A DNA stretch of 64,000 nt from Candidatus Binatia bacterium (lineage in GTDB: Bacteria > Desulfobacterota > Binatia > Bin18): positions 3,264,001-3,328,000 of the forward strand of contig OY761159.2 in the NCBI GenBank assembly GCA_963664395.2. Direction: 5' to 3'. The notes under the pieces were generated by a model. It was not told the DNA's origin and ran no database searches. It saw only the letters and a program-made list of their open reading frames with translations. Positions within the stretch are counted from its first letter, which is position 1. The number at the start of each line of letters is the position of its first letter. A program made the position numbers and the translations under genes. Positions 24,816-34,937 of this stretch are shown here, piece by piece.

Positions 24816-26282
24816 ATGCCAACATCAAAATCTGCTGCAATCCACGCTAAGCTGGATCATCCGGTCATTGATTCAGACGGCCATATGATCGAATTTGAAC
24901 CCGGCTTTCTCGACTATCTCAAGCGAGAGGGCGGCGCCTCTATGGTCAAACGCTTTCTCTCGCCCGAGCGCAACTCCGGGGGCTGGGGCCGCCTGTTCCG
25001 CTGGTATGGGCTGTCGCCCGAAGAACGGCTGGACCAACGCGCGACGCGCTCGCCGTGGTGGCCGTTGCCGACCAAGAACACCCTGGATCGTGCAACCGCC
25101 ATGCTGCCCAAGCTGCTGTCCGAACGGATGGACTCTATTGGCCTGGACTTTACGGTTCTCTATCCGACGCTGGGCCTACAGTTCCCGCATATTGAAAACA
25201 CCGAAATACGCCGGGCAAGCTGCCGCGCGCTGAATACCTTTCATGCCGAGTATTTCCGCGAGTATGCCAGCCGGATGACCCCGGCGGCCGCCATTCCCAT
25301 GCACACCCCGCAGGAGGCCATTGAAGAGCTTGAGTTTGTGGTCAATGAACTCGGTCTCAAGGCGGTGATGATGGCTGGGCATGTGCAGCGTCCCATTCCG
25401 GTTGTCGAACGCGCCGCCCCGGAGGTTGCCGAGCATGCGTTTTGGCTGGACACCTTCTGTTTGGACAGCGCCTATGACTACGACCCGGTCTGGGCGCGCT
25501 GTGTGGAGCTGAAGATCGCGCCGACCTTTCACTCGCCGGCCATGGGCTGGGGCAGCCGGACTTCCATCTCGAACTATATGTATAACCACATCGGACATTT
25601 TGCCGCTTCGGGCGAGGCGCTGTGTAAAGCCATGTTCATGAGTGGCGTTACGCGGCGATTTCCGACGCTCAAGTTCGGCTTCCTGGAAAGTGGGGTCGGC
25701 TGGGCGTGTAATCTGTACGCCGATATGATCGGCCACTGGGAGAAGCGCAACGGCAAAAAGATGGACAATTACGATCCGGCCAATCTGAACCCCGAGCAAT
25801 TGCTCGACCTGTATCAACGCTACGGCGGCAAATGGGCCGAGGAGTATCCTGGCCGTCTGATCGATGAAAAAAACTTGATGGGCGGGACGCGGGAAGATCG
25901 GAACACGCTGGATGACTGGGCGCGCTGCGGGATTGAAACAGCCGAAGACATCAAAGACCTGTTTGTCCACAATTTCTATTTCGGTTGTGAAGCCGACGAT
26001 CCCATGAATGCCATCGCGTTCAATGCCGGGCTGAATCCGTTTGGTGCTCGCCTCAAGGCTATTTTCAGTTCGGATATCGGCCACTGGGACGTACCTGACA
26101 TGGAAGAAGTCCTGGAAGAAGCGCATGAAATGGTCGAGCACGAATTGATCACCGCAGATGACTTTCGGGATTTTGTCTTTACCAATCCGACCACGCTGTG
26201 GACGGGGACTAATCCTGACTTTTTCAAAGGCACGGTGGTGGAGGCGGCGGTGGACAAATTGCTGGCTCAAGCGGCCGCGTAA
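24816..26282 (+). CDS. Amidohydrolase family protein (Amidohydro_2-like)
   Basis: GAGGAGG RBS; IDSDGH, PTFHS, FLESG, SSDIGHWD. Confidence 0.9.
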   Translation: MPTSKSAAIHAKLDHPVIDSDGHMIEFEPGFLDYLKREGGASMVKRFLSPERNSGGWGRLFRWYGLSPEERLDQRATRSPWWPLPTKNTLDRATAMLPKLLSERMDSIGLDFTVLYPTLGLQFPHIENTEIRRASCRALNTFHAEYFREYASRMTPAAAIPMHTPQEAIEELEFVVNELGLKAVMMAGHVQRPIPVVERAAPEVAEHAFWLDTFCLDSAYDYDPVWARCVELKIAPTFHSPAMGWGSRTSISNYMYNHIGHFAASGEALCKAMFMSGVTRRFPTLKFGFLESGVGWACNLYADMIGHWEKRNGKKMDNYDPANLNPEQLLDLYQRYGGKWAEEYPGRLIDEKNLMGGTREDRNTLDDWARCGIETAEDIKDLFVHNFYFGCEADDPMNAIAFNAGLNPFGARLKAIFSSDIGHWDVPDMEEVLEEAHEMVEHELITADDFRDFVFTNPTTLWTGTNPDFFKGTVVEAAVDKLLAQAAA

Positions 26283-26307
26283 CTGCGCGGGATAATAGAG
26301 GAGCACC

Positions 26308-27996
26308 ATGGCCTACGAGCTGTTGATCAAAAACGGAACCGTTGTGGATGGTACGGGCGCGGCCCGCTATCAGGCCGATATCGGAGTGGCGCAGGGCCGG
26401 ATCGTCGAAATTGCGCCAACCGGAACGCTCAATGGGAGCGCTACCCGCGTTATTGACGCGTCCGACCTGATTGTCGCACCCGGCTTTATTGACCCTCACA
26501 CCCACTACGACGCCCAGGTCTGCTGGGACCCGCTGATTTCCTGTTCTTCGTGGAACGGGGTGACGAGTGTGGTGATGGGAAATTGCGGGGTAGGGCTTGC
26601 GCCGTGTCTACCCGAGAAGCGGGAAGTGCTGGCCTGGGATTTGGTCAATGTGGAGGGGATGTCCTTTGAGGTGCTGTCACAGGGCGTGACCTGGGAGTGG
26701 GAGAGCCTGGCGGATTTCATGGCCGCTCCGTTCCGGACGGGGATGGGTATCAATCTCGGTTTTTTGGTGCCGCTGTCGCCGATTCGATCCTACGTCATTG
26801 GGGAAGCCGCTCAGGAACGCGCCGCAACGCCTGAAGAGACCCTGCGGATTGCGACCCTCCTGCGAGAGGGCGTCCAGGCCGGGGCGCTCGGCTTTTCCAC
26901 CACCGTGGCCACGCAACACGTGGGCTTCAAGGGCCGCCCCCTGGCGTGTCGCCTCGCTAGTCGGGACGAACTGCGGGCGTATGCTCGGGTGCTGCGCGAC
27001 CTCGGGCGAGGTACGATTGAGGTGAACCTGGGTGGTGCCGGGTCATCCATCTTGCCCTCAGGCAGTCCCGAGCTGATTGATTTCCTGCTGGTCGAAAGCC
27101 AGCGTCCGGTCACCTGGCTGTCGGTGCAAACGCGCAGCGACCAGCCGACCGCCCACCGCGAACTGCTGACCAACACCGATGGGCTGATTAAACGCGGAGG
27201 CATTCCCCAGGCGAGCTGCCAACCCACCGAGTTGCAGTTCAATCTGCGCAATCCTTTTATCCTGGGTGCGTATGACGTGTGTCACTCCTTGTTTAATTGC
27301 AGCGCTGAGGAACAGGCGCGCATCTATGCCGACCCGACATTCCGGGCGGAATTCCGGGCGGCGTGCGCGGCAACGCCCAAAGCCTTCAGCGGCCAGTGGC
27401 AGCAGACGCAGGTGTGTAAGGTTGGCAAACCTGCGCATCAGGCCTGGCTGGGGAAAAGCATTGCGGAGTTGAGTCAGCAGGCCGGCACGGAACCCTTTGA
27501 CACCTTTTTCGATCTGGCCCTGGCCGACGATTTGGCGACCGAGTTCTCCCTGGCCATGCTGAATTTTGATCTCGACCTGGTTGAGGAAGTCATTACGGAC
27601 CCACGCGTGTTGATCGGCCTGTCGGACGGCGGGGCGCATGTCGATATGCTGTGTAACGCCGGCTATCCGACCTATCTGCTCGGCACCTGGGTGCGCAGGC
27701 GTCAGGCCATGAGTCTGGAACGAGCGGTGCAGCGCATCACCTCCGAACCGGCCCGGTTTTTTGGGGTGTTGGATCGAGGTGTGATTACAACAGGCAAAGC
27801 CGCGGACTTGGTGGTCTTCGATCCCGACACGGTTGATGCCGGCGAAAAAGTGATGCTGAACGATCTGCCGGGGGGAGAGCGCCGCTTCGTGCAACGCGCC
27901 GAGGGCATACACGCTGTCGTCGTGAACGGGGAGATCGTGCTCACTCATGGTGAGCACTCCGGAGCCCTGCCGGGGCAGATGGTGCGCGCGGGTTGA
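26308..27996 (+). CDS. N-acyl-D-amino-acid deacylase family amidohydrolase
   Basis: PGFIDPHTHYD, GNCG, SDGGAH, GKAADLVVFDP. Confidence 0.92.
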   Translation: MAYELLIKNGTVVDGTGAARYQADIGVAQGRIVEIAPTGTLNGSATRVIDASDLIVAPGFIDPHTHYDAQVCWDPLISCSSWNGVTSVVMGNCGVGLAPCLPEKREVLAWDLVNVEGMSFEVLSQGVTWEWESLADFMAAPFRTGMGINLGFLVPLSPIRSYVIGEAAQERAATPEETLRIATLLREGVQAGALGFSTTVATQHVGFKGRPLACRLASRDELRAYARVLRDLGRGTIEVNLGGAGSSILPSGSPELIDFLLVESQRPVTWLSVQTRSDQPTAHRELLTNTDGLIKRGGIPQASCQPTELQFNLRNPFILGAYDVCHSLFNCSAEEQARIYADPTFRAEFRAACAATPKAFSGQWQQTQVCKVGKPAHQAWLGKSIAELSQQAGTEPFDTFFDLALADDLATEFSLAMLNFDLDLVEEVITDPRVLIGLSDGGAHVDMLCNAGYPTYLLGTWVRRRQAMSLERAVQRITSEPARFFGVLDRGVITTGKAADLVVFDPDTVDAGEKVMLNDLPGGERRFVQRAEGIHAVVVNGEIVLTHGEHSGALPGQMVRAG

Positions 27997-28010
27997 GAAT
28001 ACCCCTTTTT

Positions 28011-28046
28011 CCCCTCGCCCTTTTAGGGAGAGGGCCAGGGTGAGGG
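28011..28046. repeat. REP-like element CCCTC.CCC...GGGAGAGGG...GGGTGAGGG
   Basis: A reverse-complement copy lies at 39366-39403. Confidence 0.7.
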
Positions 28047-28068
28047 TCGTTGAAGAAAAGGAGGGGGC

Positions 28069-29133
28069 ATGAAATTCGCTATTCTCTACAATACCGACTA
28101 TTACCCTGACGTCCACGGCTCGGCTGAGCAGTATTACAACCAGATTCTGGAACAGGTCGAACTGGAAGAAGAACTCGGCTTTGACGCGGTCTGGTTTGGC
28201 GAGCACCACTACTCGGGCTATTCGTTCGGGTCGCCGCCTGTCATCGCCATGGCGGCCGCCGGCCGGACCAAACGTATTCGACTCGGGACCGGCATCTCCC
28301 TGGTGCCGCTTAATAACCCTATCCGGCTGGCCGAAGAGTATGCCATGCTGGATGTGCTCTCCGGTGGCCGCCTGGAGTACGGCATCGGCAGAGGCTTTCT
28401 CAAATACTCGCATAAAATTTTTGGGGTGGACGAAGCGGAAAATACCGAGCGCTATCACGAGGGGACGGATATTATCTGTAAAGCCTGGACGAGCGCGCAG
28501 CCCTTCTCGTATCGCGGCAAATTCTGGGAACTCGAAGACTACACATTTTTTCCCAGCCCCCTGCAAAAGCCCCATCCGCCCATCTATGCTTCAGGGGCGA
28601 TTACGCCCGAGAGCTACCAATGGGCCGGTCAGCGCGGCTTTCATCTGGCGACCGCCTTTTTTTTACCCAACCAAGAGCATGTCCAAGAGTGCATAGGCCT
28701 CTACCGGCAGGCGCTCCGGGAAAACGGCCATGAGCCGGCAGACCGTGATGTCGCCGGCGTGTATCAGATGTATTGCGGTGAATCGAACGCAGAAGCCCGG
28801 CGCAACGGCGGTCAGCATGCGCTGACGTATTACGCCTTCTTTGGGGCCTTGGCCCAGCGCGGCGCCTTAACCTCTCAGTCGTTTGCCTACCACAAAGGAA
28901 CGATTTCGCATCTCTTTGCCGGGCTGACCTTCGAGGATATGGACAAGCGCAACCTGGTCCTGGTAGGTGATCCTGAGAATCTGATTGAGCGTATCCGCTG
29001 GGCCAAAGAGTTTTACGGTACGAACTATTTGATTCTTGAAATCGCCCAAGGCGGCATGAAGCACGAACATGTCGTGCCCTCGCTGGAACGCTTTGCCAAA
29101 TATGTCATGCCCGCGTTTCGGGATGCAGCATGA
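28069..29133 (+). CDS. LLM-class flavin-dependent oxidoreductase (luciferase-like)
   Basis: GFDAVWFGEHH, PIRLAEEYAMLDVLSGGRLEYGIGRG. Confidence 0.93.
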   Translation: MKFAILYNTDYYPDVHGSAEQYYNQILEQVELEEELGFDAVWFGEHHYSGYSFGSPPVIAMAAAGRTKRIRLGTGISLVPLNNPIRLAEEYAMLDVLSGGRLEYGIGRGFLKYSHKIFGVDEAENTERYHEGTDIICKAWTSAQPFSYRGKFWELEDYTFFPSPLQKPHPPIYASGAITPESYQWAGQRGFHLATAFFLPNQEHVQECIGLYRQALRENGHEPADRDVAGVYQMYCGESNAEARRNGGQHALTYYAFFGALAQRGALTSQSFAYHKGTISHLFAGLTFEDMDKRNLVLVGDPENLIERIRWAKEFYGTNYLILEIAQGGMKHEHVVPSLERFAKYVMPAFRDAA

Positions 29134-29166
29134 GGTGTCCCCTCCTGGGACGTGTGATGCAAGAAG

Positions 29167-29258
29167 GAACCCACCCCGGCCTTCGGCCACCCCTCCGAGG
29201 AGGGGATGAATGCAGCTCCCCTCCTCGGAGGGGTGCCGCGTAGCGGCGGGGTGGGTTT
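29167..29258. repeat. REP-like inverted pair, same family as 24622-24752
   Basis: GAACCCACCCCGGCCTTCGGCCACCCCTCCGAGGAGGGGA followed by its inverted mate. Confidence 0.75.
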
Positions 29259-29382
29259 CCCTGCTGCCCATCTCTTGCCATATACCCCTAAAATATGAAA
29301 AAGTCGGCGTGACCGCTCGCTGCCGGTAGTAGGCAGGAGCAAATCTCAAAAAGTAGAAACGAGGAAAAAGGGAGGACTGCAT

Positions 29383-30678
29383 ATGCATATTATGTCTTTC
29401 TCGGAACGTGAATACATCGATGTCTCCGAGGACGCGATCATCGAAAACGGGAGTAGCTATTTTGGCCTCCCCAATACGATGTTTGACCCCGATAGGGGCG
29501 GCCAGCTCATGAACGAGTATCTGGACGAGCGGGTCTATGCCGAAGAGCTGGGCTTTGATGGGGTGATGCTCAACGAGCATCACCAGACCCCGTTTTGTGG
29601 GGGCGGGGTCATGGACGTGGAAGCCGCGATTCTTGCCCGTATTACCAAGCGGGTGAAAATTGTCCTGCTCGGCAACCCCCTCCCCGTGGGTGATCCGCTG
29701 CGGCTGGCGGAAGAGTTGGCCACGATTGATATGATTTCCGGTGGACGACTGGTATCGGGCTGGGTGCGTGGTGCGGGTACGGAACAACTCGCCAATAACA
29801 TCAACCCGGCCTACAACCGGGAGCGCTTTAACGAAGCCCATGAGTTTATTCAACAGGCCTGGACGAAACCGGGGCCGTGGCGCTATGAGGGCAAACACTA
29901 CCATTACCGGAATGTGAATCCCTGGCAGTTGCCGGTGCAGAAGCCGGTGCCGCAACAATGGATTCCGGGGCTGATTAGCCCGGAAACAGTCATCTGGTGT
30001 GCCAAACACCGCTATCCCTATGTCGCGCTGGGCACCAATATCGAAGCCACGGTCGAGATGGTCAACCTGTACGCCGACGTGGCCGAGCAGGAAGGCTATC
30101 AGGCCGGACCGGAAAATTTCGGCTATTTGCAGAACGTATGTGTGGCGGAAACCGAAGAGCAGGCGCGCGAGTTGGCCAAGGGCTTTGTCTTCGGCGGCGG
30201 GTTCGGCTCGTTTGCCCGCGCCGAGTGGATGTTCCCGCCGGGCTATAACTCCAAGGCGGCGACCAAGCGTCTGGCGCACGCCCTGACCGACCCGCGTACC
30301 GGCGCTGAAATCGTCAAGCACACCCAGGGTGAAATCGACGTTGAAGAAATCAAACGGAGCATTGAATCGGGTTTCCAGGCCTCGCTTGACAGCGATCTGA
30401 TTATGGCCGGCACGCCGGAGACCGTTATGAAAAAGATTCGCAAAATGTGCGAAACGCTCCGACCCGGCATCATGGGCCTATGGTATCACCACGGTCCCAT
30501 GGACTTCGCGCAGCGCAAAACCTGTCTGCGCCTGCTCGGCCAGGAAGTCCTGCCGGCCATGCGCGAAATGGCCAAGGAACTCGACCTGCCCGGGCCGTTT
30601 GAGTTGGCGCCGGGTTTGCGTCCGCTGCCGGCCTCCGGCAAACGGGAACAGATCGTGCCTGATATTGCAGCGGCCTGA
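29383..30678 (+). CDS. LLM-class flavin-dependent oxidoreductase
   Basis: GFDGVMLNEHH, PLRLAEELATIDMISGGRLVSGWVRG. Confidence 0.93.
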   Translation: MHIMSFSEREYIDVSEDAIIENGSSYFGLPNTMFDPDRGGQLMNEYLDERVYAEELGFDGVMLNEHHQTPFCGGGVMDVEAAILARITKRVKIVLLGNPLPVGDPLRLAEELATIDMISGGRLVSGWVRGAGTEQLANNINPAYNRERFNEAHEFIQQAWTKPGPWRYEGKHYHYRNVNPWQLPVQKPVPQQWIPGLISPETVIWCAKHRYPYVALGTNIEATVEMVNLYADVAEQEGYQAGPENFGYLQNVCVAETEEQARELAKGFVFGGGFGSFARAEWMFPPGYNSKAATKRLAHALTDPRTGAEIVKHTQGEIDVEEIKRSIESGFQASLDSDLIMAGTPETVMKKIRKMCETLRPGIMGLWYHHGPMDFAQRKTCLRLLGQEVLPAMREMAKELDLPGPFELAPGLRPLPASGKREQIVPDIAAA

Positions 30679-30705
30679 GGCGTAGTTCAGATTAAGCAAC
30701 GAAAC

Positions 30706-30740
30706 AGGGGCGGCTCGTTGGACCGCCCCTTTCTTTTTTC
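30706..30740 (+). terminator. Rho-independent terminator
   Basis: AGGGGCGG/CCGCCCCT stem followed by TTCTTTTTT. Confidence 0.8.
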
Positions 30741-30900
30741 AGGACAGGGTCGGCAGTCGGGCTTTTAGTCAAAGTCCATGACGTCATGATAATAGCCCCA
30801 ATAGCCACGGATGGCGCTTTCGGTTAAGAGATTCTCCTGATTCTGTTTTTCTGTGCTACCGATTAGCACTTACACACTGAATAACAGGGCAGGGCAACCC

Positions 30901-33165
30901 ATGCTGCGATTAACCGACCAGGAAAAGCAGGAGATTATTCGGTTTCTGGAAGCGAACCAGGAACTGCCAGAAAAATATCGTTTTCTGCTGTTTAAGGACA
31001 AGCGCGAGGTAGAGTTAGTCTGGAACGGTAAGACCAACGAGGTCTGTAATATCGTGCTGCCGTTTCAGACCATTGAGCATGTGGACGAGCCACGGGCGGA
31101 AAAGCCACAAGACACCACGTCCCAGATGTCGCTGTTTGACGCGCGCGGGCGGCAGCTCAAGGGCTGGACCAATAAGCTCATCTGGGGCGATAACAAACTG
31201 GTCCTCTCCAGCCTTAAGAACGGTCCGCTACGCGAGGAAATTGAGGCCCAGGGCGGGTTAAAACTTATTTATATTGACCCGCCGTTTGACGTGGGGGCCG
31301 ATTTTTCCATGGGTATTGAGGTCGGGGGCGACACCCTCACCAAGAAGCCCAACATCCTCGAAGAAATCGCCTATCGCGATACCTGGGGCAAGGGGGCGGA
31401 TTCCTTTATCGCGATGATCTATGAGCGAATGATTCTGATGCGGGATTTGCTCGCAGAGGATGGGAGTATTTATGTGCATTGCGATTGGCGGGTTTCTGCC
31501 TACATTAGAAATGCGATGGATGAAGTATATTCCCCAAATAATTTTAGAAATGAGATTGTTTGGAAAAGAGGAACAGTGAAAGGAGCAAAAGCTCGTGGCT
31601 ATCAAATGGCTAGAAACCATGATGCCATCATGTATTTCACAAAATCAGAAAAAACAATTTTCAATAGGCAATACCTTGATTTCGATGAGCAGTATAAATC
31701 AAGGTTTAATAAAGATGACGGAGATGGCAGAGGGCCTTATAGAGACGATCAGCCGATAGGAACCCGTTCAGATAAATCTATTGAAGAAATGAAAAAGATT
31801 GGAAAGGTCTTCCATGGAAAGAACGGCAAGCTAAAAATAAAGACATATCTTTCTGAGTTAGAAGGAATAGTCTTAGACGACAATTGGTTGGATATTCCTG
31901 AAGTAAATGTAATGTCAAATGAGCGTGCTTTTTACCCCACCCAAAAACCCGAAGCACTCTTAGATCGCATCATTAAAGCCTCCTCGAACGAAGGCGACCT
32001 CGTGGCCGATTTCTTCTGTGGCTCCGGCACCACAGCGGCGGTGGCGGAAAAGCTGGGCCGCAAGTGGATTTGTGCAGACCTGGGCAAGTTCGCCATACAC
32101 ACTACCCGCAAACGCATGATCGGCGTACAGCGGCAACTCAAGGCCGACAGCCAGAACTACCGCGCCTTTGAAATCCTCAACCTCGGCAAATACGAACGGC
32201 AGCATTTTGTCGGCCTCAACCCCAATCTGCGCGAAGAAGAGCAGCAAAAGCAGTTGCAGGAAAAAGAGGCGGCCTTTCTTGATTTGCTCCTCAACGCCTA
32301 TCGGGCGGAGAAGGTAGAAAACTTTACCGCCTTCCACGGCAAAAAGGCCGGACGACTCGTGGCGGTGGGGCCGGTGAATTTACCTGTTACGCGGCTGTTT
32401 GTGGAAGAGATTATTCTGGAGTGTCGCAAGAACCATATCACCAAGGTGGACATTCTCGGCTTTGAGTTCGAGATGGGTCTCTTCCCCAACGTGCTGGACG
32501 AAGCCCGGAGCAAGGGAATAGATATCGCGCCTAAATACATCCCCGCCGAGGTCTTCGACAAACGGGCAGTAGAGCGCAATCAAGTGGTGTTTCACGACGT
32601 GTCGTTCATTGAAGTCAAACCTCATATAATAGCCGGTAGAAAAGGACGGCCTGCGACGGTGGCAGTGGAGCTGACCGATTTTTCGGTATTCTACTCCCAG
32701 GACTCTATCGCCCAAGCGGAAGAAGCGTTGGGTAAAAAACAGTTGGGCAGCAAGGTCGTGGTCGAAGCTGGCCAGATTGTGAAATTGATCAAAGACAAAC
32801 AGGGCGTATTCCGGCGCGAGCGACTGACAAACCACTGGACGGACTGGATAGACTACTGGTCGGTGGATTTCGATTTCGAGAGTAAGCGCGAACTCATCCG
32901 CGTCAAGAAAGAGCTTTCTCCCGAAGAGCAGTCTGCTTTCGAGGGCATGGGCGACGCACAGCAAAAGCTGATGGGATGGGAAGAGCAGTGGACGGGCGAC
33001 TATATCTTTGAGAACGAGTGGCAGAGCTTCCGCACCAAAAAAGACCGCAGCCTGGATTTGAAGAGTGTCGCCCACGAATGCCCGCCGGGCCGCCATAAGA
33101 TAGCCGTGAAGGTGGTGGATATCTTCGGCAATGACACCATGACGATTGTGGAGGTGGGGGTATGA
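30901..33165 (+). CDS. mod: Type III-like R-M DNA methyltransferase (Mod, N6/N4 MTase)
   Basis: LIYIDPPF (motif IV), YPTQKPEALL.RII, DFFCGSGTT (motif I); beta-class order; res gene downstream. Confidence 0.9.
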   Translation: MLRLTDQEKQEIIRFLEANQELPEKYRFLLFKDKREVELVWNGKTNEVCNIVLPFQTIEHVDEPRAEKPQDTTSQMSLFDARGRQLKGWTNKLIWGDNKLVLSSLKNGPLREEIEAQGGLKLIYIDPPFDVGADFSMGIEVGGDTLTKKPNILEEIAYRDTWGKGADSFIAMIYERMILMRDLLAEDGSIYVHCDWRVSAYIRNAMDEVYSPNNFRNEIVWKRGTVKGAKARGYQMARNHDAIMYFTKSEKTIFNRQYLDFDEQYKSRFNKDDGDGRGPYRDDQPIGTRSDKSIEEMKKIGKVFHGKNGKLKIKTYLSELEGIVLDDNWLDIPEVNVMSNERAFYPTQKPEALLDRIIKASSNEGDLVADFFCGSGTTAAVAEKLGRKWICADLGKFAIHTTRKRMIGVQRQLKADSQNYRAFEILNLGKYERQHFVGLNPNLREEEQQKQLQEKEAAFLDLLLNAYRAEKVENFTAFHGKKAGRLVAVGPVNLPVTRLFVEEIILECRKNHITKVDILGFEFEMGLFPNVLDEARSKGIDIAPKYIPAEVFDKRAVERNQVVFHDVSFIEVKPHIIAGRKGRPATVAVELTDFSVFYSQDSIAQAEEALGKKQLGSKVVVEAGQIVKLIKDKQGVFRRERLTNHWTDWIDYWSVDFDFESKRELIRVKKELSPEEQSAFEGMGDAQQKLMGWEEQWTGDYIFENEWQSFRTKKDRSLDLKSVAHECPPGRHKIAVKVVDIFGNDTMTIVEVGV

Positions 33166-34034
33166 GATTCGCCCTGCCGTCAATCCGGCACGACTCGAAA
33201 GGGTTTGCAGCGCTAGCGAACCTTCATGCGCAAACCGAGCACTGTTTTGTCGATGATATCGAGATCGACATGCAGTCAACGAACTGGTTCGACGCCGATA
33301 TGTGCGCAGCGTTTGGCGCGATTCTGTACGGGCTAGGAGACAATCTGAATACCATCAGTTTGACGAATATCAGCTCCGGAGTGGAGGATATTCTTTCTAA
33401 AAACGGATTCCTCAGCCACTATGGACGACAGAAAATGCCCGACCGTTGGGGAACGACAATCGCGTACCAACGCTTCGACATTGAGGACGACCGCTATTTC
33501 TCCGGCTATATTGAGCAGGAGTTCATCCATCGTCCCGAAATGCCAGAAATGTCCCCAGGATTATTAAAAAAGTTCCGTGAGAGCGTTTTCGAGATATTCA
33601 GCAACGCCGTGCTACACTCTCACACTGCATTGGGAATTTTCAGTTGCGGACAGTTTTTCCCCGCTAGGAACCGACTCGATTTTACTGTGGCCGACCTAGG
33701 AATCGGTATCCGAAAGAATGTCTGCGACAATCTCCAGCAAGAGCTGTCCCCTGTGGACGCCATCATCTGGGCGACTCAGGAGCACAATACGACCAAACGC
33801 GGGAAAGTTCCCGGCGGACTTGGCCTGACTCTACTGAGCGAGTTTATCCACCTGAATGGCGGCCGTATTCAAATAGTGTCTGACGCCGGCTACTGGTTGC
33901 AAAGAAAGGGCGGAACCCATGCGGTCTCGTTGGCCGAGCCGTTTCCGGGCACAGTAGTCAACGTAGAAATCAATACCGCAGATCGAAGCTTTTACAGCCT
34001 TCCCCCAGAACTCGAAGACGACGAAATTTTCTAA
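33162..34034 (+). CDS. STAS-like plus GHKL (HATPase_c) kinase/ATPase
   Basis: EIFSNAVLHS (N box), DLGIGI (G1), GGLGL (G2), GTVV (G3); ATGA overlap with mod. Confidence 0.85.
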   Translation: MRFALPSIRHDSKGFAALANLHAQTEHCFVDDIEIDMQSTNWFDADMCAAFGAILYGLGDNLNTISLTNISSGVEDILSKNGFLSHYGRQKMPDRWGTTIAYQRFDIEDDRYFSGYIEQEFIHRPEMPEMSPGLLKKFRESVFEIFSNAVLHSHTALGIFSCGQFFPARNRLDFTVADLGIGIRKNVCDNLQQELSPVDAIIWATQEHNTTKRGKVPGGLGLTLLSEFIHLNGGRIQIVSDAGYWLQRKGGTHAVSLAEPFPGTVVNVEINTADRSFYSLPPELEDDEIF

Positions 34035-34044
34035 GGCGCCTCCC

Positions 34045-34410
34045 ATGAAGAAAGACGTTCCCATATCCGTATTCGAAGTCGTTGGCAGCCCTTTATGTGT
34101 CGCGTCGGGCGATGGGCAGAAAGTATACGACCGCATCGCCGCCGTACTGAAACAGGACCGGCGTGTCTTAATCTCGTTCCGTAATGTGTCCACGCTGACA
34201 TCGGCATTTCTCAACACGGCGATCGGTCAACTATATGGCACATTCAACGAAGATCAGATTCGCGCTTTGCTAACGGTGGAAGACATGGAAGCCGATGATA
34301 TTGCACTGTTAAGGCGGGTTGTTAATACAGCCAAACGATACTTTCAAGACCCGGAGAGATTCAACAACGTGGTGCGAGAGGTGCTGGAGGATGACGGCGA
34401 TGACGCATGA
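34045..34410 (+). CDS. STAS-like DUF4325 protein
   Basis: 121 aa; GQKVY..I, ISFRNV..LTSAFLNTAIGQLY. Confidence 0.85.
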   Translation: MKKDVPISVFEVVGSPLCVASGDGQKVYDRIAAVLKQDRRVLISFRNVSTLTSAFLNTAIGQLYGTFNEDQIRALLTVEDMEADDIALLRRVVNTAKRYFQDPERFNNVVREVLEDDGDDA

Positions 34411-34933
34411 CGTTTCACATGTCGAGAGTTACGACTTCACGTCTGAGGATAAATTATTTCTGGATACCAATATCTGGCTGTTCATCTACGGCCCACAGGA
34501 CCCCGCCAGCACCAAAATGTATACATACTCCTCGGCATTTCATCACATCCTGAAAGCGCAGAGCCGCATCTATATCGATGCCCTTGTCATTTCGGAATTT
34601 ATTAACGCCTACGCTCGGCAGCAATGGCACCTTGTTGCGCCCGACACGAAGTTCAAGGAGTTCCGCAACAGCCCACACTTCAAGCCAGTCGCTCAAGAAA
34701 TAGCCGACAATACCAAGCGAGTGCTGAACCACTGTTCGCGGCTCGAGAGCCGCTTTGAGACGTTGGACGTAGATGGCTTGATGAACGAATATGCAGAAGG
34801 CGGCGCTGACTTTAATGACCAGGTTATCAGGGAGCTGTGTAACAGCAGAAGCTTGAAGCTGGTCACAGATGACGGCGATTTCAGTGGACAAGGGATATCT
34901 ATAATAACGGCGAACAGGCGCTTATTGGGCTGA
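34400..34933 (+). CDS. PIN-domain (VapC-like) ribonuclease
   Basis: FLDTNIW, ISEF, DFND, LVTDDGDF acidic residues; overlaps the STAS gene. Confidence 0.88.
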   Translation: MTHDVSHVESYDFTSEDKLFLDTNIWLFIYGPQDPASTKMYTYSSAFHHILKAQSRIYIDALVISEFINAYARQQWHLVAPDTKFKEFRNSPHFKPVAQEIADNTKRVLNHCSRLESRFETLDVDGLMNEYAEGGADFNDQVIRELCNSRSLKLVTDDGDFSGQGISIITANRRLLG

Positions 34934-34937
34934 TTCC

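Noticed and set aside
24404-29258. Palindromic repeats as a CRISPR array
   Set aside because: No regular repeat-spacer periodicity and no cas genes; they look REP-like.
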